A stretch of 64,000 nt of DNA from an uncultured Verrucomicrobiae bacterium (GTDB taxonomy: Bacteria > Verrucomicrobiota > Verrucomicrobiia > Limisphaerales > UBA1096), in NCBI GenBank assembly GCA_937770485.1, contig CALJHX010000005.1, positions 604 to 64,603 of the forward strand, written 5' to 3'. The notes under the pieces were generated by a model that had not been told where the DNA came from, searched no databases, and saw only the letters and a list, made by a program, of their open reading frames with translations. Positions 55,647 to 63,281 of this stretch are shown one piece after another. Every line of letters begins with the position of its first letter. Positions within the stretch are counted from its first letter, which is position 1. Position numbers and translations under genes: made by a program.

Positions 55647-57776
55647 CTATTCATCCAGGATGCCGAGGTCTTGGAGGAATGGCTTGAGCGAGCGGGGGCG
55701 GCCGAGGAATTTCTCGATCGACTCGCTGACGTCGCGCGAGTCGCCCACCTCGTAAATCTCCCGCCGCAGTCGCTGCCCCGCCGTGCTGTCGAAGTAGCGT
55801 TCGGGCGCGTTTTCAAAAACCGTGGCCATGTCGGCGGAGATCGAGTCGGCCCAGGCGTAGCCATAGTAGCCCGCGTCGTAGCCCATGAGATGGCCGAAGT
55901 AGCCGACGAACGCTGTGTTCTCCTGCGGCTTGAGATAGACCGCCTCGGTGATTTGGTTGGACAGCGCAACCGGGTCGACGACCCGGGCCTCGTCCACCGT
56001 CAGTGAGTGCAGGGTCAGGTCAACAAGCCCATACGAAAGCTGGCCGCGATAGTGCCGGGCGATCGTGGCTTTCTTCGCCTCCTTGAGTTTTGCGATGACG
56101 GCTTCCGGGATTTTTTTCGACGAGTCTCGATAGTCGGCGGCGAACGAGTCGAGCACGGTCTTGTCCCAAATCCAGTTCTCGAGCATCTGCGACGGCGCCT
56201 CGACGAAGTCGCGCGGCACGCTTGTGCCGGCGAAACGGGTGTACTTGGTTTGCGTGAGGATGCCGTGCAGCGCGTGGCCAAACTCGTGGAAGAGCGTCTC
56301 GACGTTGTCATGCGAGAGCAGCGATGGCTTGTCCTTACCCGGCGTGGGGAAGTTGCAGATAAGCGCGACGGTGGGCCGCTGATAGGCGCCGTCCGGCAGC
56401 CGTTTGCCGGAGATCAGCGGGAACATCGCGAAGTGGTTGAACTTGCCGTCGCGTGGGAACATGTCGAGGTACAACGCGCCCAGCGGGTTGCCGGTGGCTG
56501 CGTCGTAAACGAGGTGCAGCGTCACTTGGTCGTTCCATGTGTACGGCGCGGTGGAGGTCACGATCTTCAGTCCGAATATGCGTTCGTACACACGGAACAT
56601 CCCGTGCAGCGTCTGTTCGTAAGGGAAAAACACGCGAAGCTGCTCGGTGTCCACGGAGTACTTTTCCTTCTTCAGCAGGTTCATGTAGTAGAAGGCATCC
56701 CACATTTTGAGGGTGGCGTCGGGGTCGCCTGTCTCGCGGCGTTTTAGCGTGTTGAACTGCCCAAGCTCGGACTGCCACTTCGGCTCGAGGCCGCGCTTGA
56801 GGTTCATCAAAAACTCGCGCGCGGTGGTGCCGTTGCCGGCCATTTTGACTTCGCACTTGTAGTCAGCCCATGTCTTGTAGCCGAGCTTGGCGGCGATGTT
56901 GGCGCGGAGTTGCAGGACGGTCTTTAGCAGCGGGATGTTTTTTTCGCGGGTAAGCCGTTTTCGCTCGCCGGAGATGCGTTTGCGTGTGGCTTCCGGTTTG
57001 GCGCTGCGCATGACGTTGAGGTAGTGAAACGTCACGTTGGCCTGGAGCGTGTACTCGTCGTCGCCGGTCTTGACCTGCTCGAGGAAACTTTCCGGCAATC
57101 CCTCGAGTTGCCCTTGGGTGAACTTCAGCTCCTTCTTAGCGTTGGTGATGTTGGTGCGAAACTCGGTGGTCGCGGCGGAGAGTTGCTTGCGGAGTCGCTC
57201 GACCTCGTTGCGCTCGGCCTTGGCCAGGTGCAGGCCGGCTCGGCGATAATCGCGCAGTGTCTGCTCGAGCAGTCGCTTGGCCTCGCCGCTCAGCTTGGGC
57301 GATGAGTCGGCGTACGCCTTAACCACGCTGTAGACATCCTCGCGATAGTCGAGGCCGACGGCCCACTCGTCGAATTGCTTGATCGCCTCTGTGGCTTGGG
57401 CCCGATGCTCGGCGTTCTCGCTGGTTTCCTTGAGCATATAGGTGCGGTTGGCCACGAGCGACAGGTCAAACGCCAAATCATCGAGCGCGCCGATTGTGTT
57501 GTCGAAGGTCGCCTCGCTTGGATTGATCTTGCCAATGGCATCGAGCCGATCGTCGGCTGCTGCGACCGCTGCTTTGACGGCGTCGAGCGAGGCTTGCGGC
57601 GTGGTCTCAAACGGCGGCAGCGCAACGCGCGCGCTGTTGCGCTTGGCCAAGCGCTCGAACTCCGCCCAGTCGCCGGAGAACCCGGCCTTGGGGGTGTGGC
57701 TTGTTTTTGGGGAGGAACAGGCGGCGAGAATGCCGGCGGTGACGATCAGTGCTATGCGAAAAGACATGGGCGACAA
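55647..57776 (-). CDS. M3-family zinc metallopeptidase (oligopeptidase A / Dcp-like) lipoprotein
   Basis: Lipobox ILAACS; LFHEFGHALHG zinc motif. Confidence 0.85.
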   Translation of the reverse strand: MSPMSFRIALIVTAGILAACSSPKTSHTPKAGFSGDWAEFERLAKRNSARVALPPFETTPQASLDAVKAAVAAADDRLDAIGKINPSEATFDNTIGALDDLAFDLSLVANRTYMLKETSENAEHRAQATEAIKQFDEWAVGLDYREDVYSVVKAYADSSPKLSGEAKRLLEQTLRDYRRAGLHLAKAERNEVERLRKQLSAATTEFRTNITNAKKELKFTQGQLEGLPESFLEQVKTGDDEYTLQANVTFHYLNVMRSAKPEATRKRISGERKRLTREKNIPLLKTVLQLRANIAAKLGYKTWADYKCEVKMAGNGTTAREFLMNLKRGLEPKWQSELGQFNTLKRRETGDPDATLKMWDAFYYMNLLKKEKYSVDTEQLRVFFPYEQTLHGMFRVYERIFGLKIVTSTAPYTWNDQVTLHLVYDAATGNPLGALYLDMFPRDGKFNHFAMFPLISGKRLPDGAYQRPTVALICNFPTPGKDKPSLLSHDNVETLFHEFGHALHGILTQTKYTRFAGTSVPRDFVEAPSQMLENWIWDKTVLDSFAADYRDSSKKIPEAVIAKLKEAKKATIARHYRGQLSYGLVDLTLHSLTVDEARVVDPVALSNQITEAVYLKPQENTAFVGYFGHLMGYDAGYYGYAWADSISADMATVFENAPERYFDSTAGQRLRREIYEVGDSRDVSESIEKFLGRPRSLKPFLQDLGILDE
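57639..57654. repeat. Iterated palindrome extended to 16 nt, GCGCTTGGCCAAGCGC
   Basis: Exact, in the M3 peptidase CDS, read as LAKR. Confidence 0.95.
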
Positions 57777-57810
57777 GCTACCGTTGGCCGGCGGTGCGGC
57801 TCAAGCAGAT

Positions 57811-58617
57811 TCATGGAATGACGATGCCAGCCGTCGCCGCTTGGCCAAGCGGCGGGGTGGCGGTGCGCCGCGCCTTGATGGCGACGTATGGCGGGATGTA
57901 TTGGCTGCGGTGCCGGAACGTCCCCGGTTCGGCGGCGGGATCGCCGTGCTTCGGCTCGGCGAGATCCTCTATCACGAAGCCGCTGCGGCACAGTCCGCCG
58001 ACGATTTCCTCCCAGCGATGCACGAACTCTAGCGCGCCTTTTTCCCGATGCTCGAACTCACCGTGCATCGGCGGCACCGGCCCCTTGGCATAATAATCCT
58101 CGGTGACGGCGTAGCCGCTGGGGAAGGGCGTCGGCGCGGCCTGGAGATTGGCCGGCTGTTTGTGCTGGCTGAGGTACTGTCCGCCGACGCGCAGCACGCG
58201 GGCAATCTCGTCGTAAACCTTGGCTAGGCTCGGCACGTAACAGGTGCTGACCGGCTGTGTGACGATGTCGAACGACGCGTTGGCCAGCATCGGGAGATCG
58301 TCCATCGACGTGGCGATGGTCTGCAACTCAAGGGCGCGCTCGCGGGCGACGCGCCGATCCTGCTCGAGCATCTCCGGGCTGATATCCACCACTGTGACCA
58401 TTGCTCCGGCAGCGGCGTAGAGCGGCGCCTGCAACCCGCCGCCGCCGGCCAGGCAGAGGACGTGTTTACCGGCAAGCTCGCCGTCGATCCAGCCCCGACC
58501 GTTGATGGCTTTCAGCGGGTCGTCGAACTCGTCGTCGCGGGCGGTTCGAGTGTGCAGGAGGCCTTGGCGCGCGCGCTCGTCCCAGACGCGGCGGTTGTGA
58601 TCCTGGGCAATTTCCAC
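57811..58617 (-). CDS. Class I SAM-dependent methyltransferase
   Basis: VLCLAGGGGLQ motif I and VVDISPEML motif II. I saw no DNA-methyltransferase (DPPY/PCQ) motifs. Confidence 0.7.
   Translation of the reverse strand: MEIAQDHNRRVWDERARQGLLHTRTARDDEFDDPLKAINGRGWIDGELAGKHVLCLAGGGGLQAPLYAAAGAMVTVVDISPEMLEQDRRVARERALELQTIATSMDDLPMLANASFDIVTQPVSTCYVPSLAKVYDEIARVLRVGGQYLSQHKQPANLQAAPTPFPSGYAVTEDYYAKGPVPPMHGEFEHREKGALEFVHRWEEIVGGLCRSGFVIEDLAEPKHGDPAAEPGTFRHRSQYIPPYVAIKARRTATPPLGQAATAGIVIP
57835..57854. repeat. Iterated palindrome extended to 20 nt, CGCCGCTTGGCCAAGCGGCG
   Basis: Exact, at the 3' end of the SAM-methyltransferase CDS, read as LGQA. Confidence 0.95.
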
Positions 58618-58640
58618 GCAGGCGTTTTAGCCTTGCCCAA

Positions 58641-58656
58641 GCGCTTGGCCAAGCGC
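58641..58656. repeat. Iterated palindrome extended to 16 nt, preceded by a degenerate copy (CCTTGCCCAAGC)
   Basis: Exact, in the divergent methyltransferase/rhlE intergenic region. Confidence 0.95.
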
Positions 58657-58708
58657 GATCGTCGATTTGCGTTTCTCATAGGCTGCGTTTCTGTTACACC
58701 TCACGGCC

Positions 58709-59953
58709 ATGTCTTTCAGTTCACTGGGGCTTTCCGACAACATTCTCAAGGGGATTCGCGCGATGGGTTACGAAGATCCGACGCCGATTCAGCTCCGGGG
58801 CATCCCGCTGTTTCTCGAGGGCCGCGACTTGATCGGCAGCGCCCAAACTGGCACCGGCAAGACGGCGGCGTTCGGCCTGCCGATTCTCACGAAGCTCGAC
58901 AAGCCTCAGAAAAATCCGCGCGCATTGATCGTCGAGCCGACGCGCGAGCTGGCCTCGCAGGTCGAGACGGCGTTCCGGGATTTTTCGCGGTACTCCGATC
59001 TGCGAACAACCGTTATTTACGGCGGCGTGAAGTACGGCAAGCAGAACGATGAGTTGGAACGAGGAACCGACATCATCGTCGCCACGCCCGGCCGATTACT
59101 CGATCACGTCTCCCAGAAAAATTTGACGCTGAAAAACATCGAGTACCTCGTGCTCGACGAGGCCGACCGGATGCTCGACATGGGATTCATGCCGGACGTC
59201 AAGAGAATCATCCAGCATTGCCCAGAGAAAAGGCACACGTCTCTCTTCTCAGCGACCATCCCGCCGGTCATCGAGACGATCATCCAGTGGGCGATGACCG
59301 ACCCGGAGACGGTGGAAATCGGGATGCGCCGATCGGTCGCTGAAACAGTTTCGCACGCGGTTTACCCGGTCGCATTCGATCAGAAAAACGACCTCGTACT
59401 CGCGCTGCTCGATAAGGTGGACTACGATTCTGTGATCGTTTTTTGCCGAACCAAGATGGGCGCCGACAGGTTGGGCAGCCTGCTGAAACGAGAGAATCAC
59501 TCCGTGGCAATCCTTCATTCAGACCGAACCCAGTCCGAGAGGGAACGCTCGCTCGAAGGTTTCCGGGACGGTAAGTATAAGGTGCTGGTCGCTACTGACA
59601 TCGCCTCGCGCGGACTCGACGTCGCCAACGTCAGCCACGTCGTCAATTTCGACGTGCCACAGCATCCCGAGGATTACGTGCATCGTATCGGCCGGACCGG
59701 CCGCGCGGCTGCATCTGGGGACGCCTTCACCATGATGATAGCCGAGGATCGCCAACACATGGAGGCGATCGAGCGTTTCATCGGCAAGAAAATCAACCGG
59801 GAAAAAATGGAGGGCTTTGATTACAAATACACGTCGCTGTTCGACGACGGTAAGCACGCATCGCCGCCACGCTTCCGGGGTGGCTCAGTGGGTCGCGGCT
59901 ACTCCTTCGGCATGTCCTCCCGTAAAGGCGGCGGCCGCCGGAAACGCCGCTAA
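58709..59953 (+). CDS. rhlE: DEAD-box ATP-dependent RNA helicase
   Basis: Q motif GYEDPTPIQ, AQTGTGKTAAF, DEAD, SAT, HRIGRTGRA, and a basic RGG-like tail. Confidence 0.9.
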   Translation: MSFSSLGLSDNILKGIRAMGYEDPTPIQLRGIPLFLEGRDLIGSAQTGTGKTAAFGLPILTKLDKPQKNPRALIVEPTRELASQVETAFRDFSRYSDLRTTVIYGGVKYGKQNDELERGTDIIVATPGRLLDHVSQKNLTLKNIEYLVLDEADRMLDMGFMPDVKRIIQHCPEKRHTSLFSATIPPVIETIIQWAMTDPETVEIGMRRSVAETVSHAVYPVAFDQKNDLVLALLDKVDYDSVIVFCRTKMGADRLGSLLKRENHSVAILHSDRTQSERERSLEGFRDGKYKVLVATDIASRGLDVANVSHVVNFDVPQHPEDYVHRIGRTGRAAASGDAFTMMIAEDRQHMEAIERFIGKKINREKMEGFDYKYTSLFDDGKHASPPRFRGGSVGRGYSFGMSSRKGGGRRKRR

Positions 59954-60088
59954 TTCTCCCGGGAGGGACGAGTTCAGCCTCGTCCCAAATTAACTTTAAA
60001 GTGGGGCAAGGTGTAACTTGCCTCTCCCAGCAGGAGAGGACCGGGTAGATAGGAGAATCGTACATCTTAACATACGTCAGCGCTTGGC

Positions 60089-60873
60089 CTAAATCCAACC
60101 CCGCAGCTTGTAGTAGAGCCACCCCACTTGCTCGTGTAGATAATAGCTGAGTTTAGCAAAACCGCCTGAGCCGGGAACTATACTGTATATTCTGAAATCT
60201 GCCTCGAGCGAGCTTAGTCCCTCGAAATCTGAGCCGACGGAAACCACCTCCAACCCGGTTTTTTTGAATAGTGCTTCAGCTCTTCTCATATGGTTAGCGG
60301 AAGTCACAAGGATGATTTTTTTCCACCCATTCTTTTCTGCCAATACTTTTGTCTGATCAGCTTCATCTTTGGTGTTACTGGAGTAACCCAATACGTGAAT
60401 GGGCGAATCGAACGGTTTCCAAGATTCCAGCCATTCGGCGATTAGTTGTCCATGCAATCCAGTTTGCCCAGATGAGGAGTATTCGCCGCCACCGATCACC
60501 AACGCTTCACCTTTTTTCAAACGGACGAGTTCAGCGGCAGTGATTATTCTATCGGTCGCTCCGCTGAATTCAATTGAGTTGACGCCATAATTTGAAAATC
60601 CATGTGAACCGCCCAGCAATACAACGGCGTCGCAGTCGGGGAGGGAGCTCAAATCCTCGACTGCGTAGGGTCTTTCGAGTGTGGAGAGGAGGTAGGCGGG
60701 GAGTTTCGTGCTGCCGACGAGGGTGATGAACAGGGCTAGAGCGCCGGTAAAAAATGCCTGTCGCTTCGATCTTTTTTGATCACGGCACGAACGCAGGCAA
60801 TAAGCAACACCAGCCAGATGAAACCGATCGGCTCGATCAGTCGCCCCACCGTTTTGGACAAAAAATACATCAT
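60089..60873 (-). CDS. YdcF/ElyC (DUF218) family protein, apparently split by a 1-nt frameshift in an A6 run
   Basis: The N-terminal MMYFLSKTVGRLIEPIGFIWLVLLIACV TM segment (frame of ORF 60736..60945) joins ..RSKRQAFFTGALALF..AVVLLGGSHGF (frame of ORF 60089..60988) if the run at 60772-60777 has 7 rather than 6 bases. Confidence 0.6.
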
Positions 60874-60966
60874 GCGCCGCGCATGCTTCGATGAATTGGC
60901 TGCAGTTGCCCAGCATAAAACGCCGGATTGAGTTTTCCGGGCCAAGCGAGCAACCTTCGCGGCAGC

Positions 60967-61515
60967 ATGAAAGGGAGGTCGTTTGCATTACTCACAGCCC
61001 TGTTGGCCGGTGCCGCGCTTGGCCAAGCGGCGAGCCAGGTGCCGCTGTCGATCGAGACGCTGGCGGCCAAGGCCGACGCAGTGGTGCACGGCACGGTCGT
61101 CCGCATGTCTTGCCAACGAGACGACGGAGGCCGGATTTTCACCAAGGTGCATTTGCAGATCATCGAGCAGATGAACGGCCGGCAACGCGGCGGGACGCTG
61201 GTGATTGTCCAGGGCGGCGGCGTGCTGGGGCGGCGGCTAGCCCGCTCGCCGATCCAGCCGACGTACCGGGTTGGGGCGGAGGTGATTGTGTTTGTGGTGT
61301 TCAACAGCCGAGGCGAGGCGGTGACGCTTGGGCTGAACCAAGGAAAGTTTGATGTCGCCAGGCAGCCGGAGACTAGCTTGGCTACGGTGCGGAATCCGTT
61401 CCACGGCTTGGCCAAGCGGGGCGACCCGCGCGCGGTGGTGAAGCGCGCGCTTGGCCAGTCAAAGCCGCTGACATTGGCCGAGTTGAAGCGCCGGGTGAGG
61501 AGGGCGGCGAAGTGA
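60967..61515 (+). CDS. Secreted hypothetical protein (183 aa)
   Basis: Signal peptide MKGRSFALLTALLAGAALGQA. Its stop overlaps the start of the matrixin gene (GTGA). Confidence 0.6.
   Translation: MKGRSFALLTALLAGAALGQAASQVPLSIETLAAKADAVVHGTVVRMSCQRDDGGRIFTKVHLQIIEQMNGRQRGGTLVIVQGGGVLGRRLARSPIQPTYRVGAEVIVFVVFNSRGEAVTLGLNQGKFDVARQPETSLATVRNPFHGLAKRGDPRAVVKRALGQSKPLTLAELKRRVRRAAK
61016..61029. repeat. Iterated palindrome CGCTTGGCCAAGCG (14-mer)
   Basis: Exact, in the signal peptide of the secreted protein (GAALGQAAS). Confidence 0.95.
61406..61417. repeat. Iterated palindrome GCTTGGCCAAGC
   Basis: Exact 12-mer in the same CDS, read as LAKR. Confidence 0.95.
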
Positions 61516-63281
61516 GTCGCTGGCTGGCAATCGCCGTAGCTCTTGGCTTGGCCCATGCCGCCACGGCATTCGTCCTGTTCAAAAACGACGACGGCCAGCC
61601 CCTGCGTTGGCGGCTCGATGACTTGGATCCGCTTGTGCATCCGAACGTGGTGAACCGGGACACAAGGGCGGTCCGCTACTATTTGTCCAGGGATGCGTGG
61701 TCGGCGAAAAATGCCGAAGCGGAGTTGAATGGCATCCGGGCCGCGATTGGCCAATGGCAGTCGGTGCCAGGGACGATCCTGAAATTCGAGGAAGGCGGGC
61801 TGGTGCCACCCGGCGTGGATGTCAACGGCGAGGACAACACGAACGTCGTTTACTGGGTGAAGAAAGCGGCTGAGAACGGCGCCGTGTGGGTCAACAACGA
61901 GCGGATGGAGATCAGCGGCGCGTTGGCGGTGACGTTCCCGATGTATTTTGATGACCACACGATCGTCGAGGCGGACATGGTCTTTAACGGCGTCGATCAC
62001 CGATGGTTCGCCGACTACAACAACTCGTTCTCCGCTGACAACTTTGTCGAGGCGGTTGCGTTGCATGAGTTTGGCCACTTCATCGGCTTGCAGCATTCGC
62101 CGCTGGGGGCGGCGACGATGTTTTCGCGAACTGGCGCCGGCGTGGGCCTAGCGGTCGGGTTGCTGCGTGACGAGGTTGCAGCCACGCAGACGCTGTACGG
62201 AAAACCAGACGCCTTGGCCAAACTCGGGTCGATCGCCGGCAAAGTGACGATGGAGCGCGGCTTGGTCTTCGGGGCGGTGGTGTTGGCCGAGGATGTCCAC
62301 GGCAACATCATCCAGTCGACGGTCAGCGCGAAAAACGGACGGTACGAGATGTCCTCGCTGCCCGCTGCGACGTACCGACTGCGCGTGGCCCCGTTGCATT
62401 CGCCGGACACCCTGCCTCAGCCGCTAGTTCGCGACATCGACATTTCGATCGAGCATCAGGGCGCCGAGACGAATTTCCGAACGACTGGCTATAAGCAGGC
62501 GTCCGTGGGCGTTGGCAGAACGGAGACGCTGGATTTTGCTGTCAACAATGGCAAAGCGCCGTTTTACATCTCAGCAGTGAGGCCACCGACGACGAAGCAG
62601 AACCTGCTCGAGTTGGCGTTCGAGCCGATCGCGATCGGGCGCACCGGCAAAAAACAGATGATCGGCGTCTATTCGCCAACGTTGCCAACGAGTGGAGCGA
62701 CTTTGCGGCTCACCGGCGACGGAGTGGTTTACGGAAAAACGACATACGATCCGAACGCATTTGACGGCTTCAACCTGATTTCGGTGGAAGTGACCGTGGC
62801 GAAAAACGCCGTGCCAGGGGTGCGAAGCTTGTTCGTGCAAAAAGGAAATGACGAGGCGTACCTCAACGGCTTCGCCGAGATTCTCTCCGGCGAGGAAGAT
62901 CACAACTTCGACGGCTTGGACGACCGCTGGCAACGGGAACAGTTCGCTATTTTTTCCAGCGTCGAGGCGCACGCCGACGCCGACGCCGACGCCGACGGCT
63001 ACACCAATCGGGAGGAGTATATGACCGGGAAAAACCCGACGGCCGCCGGCTCGTTTCCGCTGCTCGAAATCGGCAGCATCACCGTCGACGAACAAGGCAC
63101 GACCATCCAGTGGGGCAGCGTGCCCGGGAAGCGCTACCAAGCTTGGAGCAAGCCTGACGCCGCCCTGGCCAAGTGGCGCAAAATCGGCGTCCCGGTGACA
63201 GCCAGCCGATCATTCACATTTTTCAACGACCCAAGCGAGCGGGAGGCGTTTCAATTTTACCGCGTACAGGCCTTGCCCTAG
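61512..63281 (+). CDS. Matrixin (M10) family zinc metalloprotease with CarboxypepD_reg-like and TSP3-like calcium-binding modules
   Basis: HEFGHFIGLQHS (HExxHxxGxxH); GRYEMSSLPAATYRLRV beta-sandwich; DADADADGYTNREEY; C-terminal domain ending in FQFYRVQALP. Confidence 0.8.
   Translation: MSRWLAIAVALGLAHAATAFVLFKNDDGQPLRWRLDDLDPLVHPNVVNRDTRAVRYYLSRDAWSAKNAEAELNGIRAAIGQWQSVPGTILKFEEGGLVPPGVDVNGEDNTNVVYWVKKAAENGAVWVNNERMEISGALAVTFPMYFDDHTIVEADMVFNGVDHRWFADYNNSFSADNFVEAVALHEFGHFIGLQHSPLGAATMFSRTGAGVGLAVGLLRDEVAATQTLYGKPDALAKLGSIAGKVTMERGLVFGAVVLAEDVHGNIIQSTVSAKNGRYEMSSLPAATYRLRVAPLHSPDTLPQPLVRDIDISIEHQGAETNFRTTGYKQASVGVGRTETLDFAVNNGKAPFYISAVRPPTTKQNLLELAFEPIAIGRTGKKQMIGVYSPTLPTSGATLRLTGDGVVYGKTTYDPNAFDGFNLISVEVTVAKNAVPGVRSLFVQKGNDEAYLNGFAEILSGEEDHNFDGLDDRWQREQFAIFSSVEAHADADADADGYTNREEYMTGKNPTAAGSFPLLEIGSITVDEQGTTIQWGSVPGKRYQAWSKPDAALAKWRKIGVPVTASRSFTFFNDPSEREAFQFYRVQALP
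62973..62996 (+). repeat. (GCCGAC)x4 hexanucleotide repeat encoding ADADADAD
   Basis: Read directly inside the matrixin gene. Confidence 0.9.

Noticed and set aside
1277-61417. The iterated palindrome, considered as a MITE/REP element or transposon terminal repeat.
   Set aside because: Copies have no conserved flanks beyond about 14-20 nt. They lie in-frame within conserved protein-coding sequence in all three phases and are not bounded by target-site duplications.
60870-62096. Minus-strand ORF of 408 aa.
   Set aside because: It is antisense to the secreted-protein and matrixin genes (HExxHxxGxxH in the plus frame) and has no motifs.
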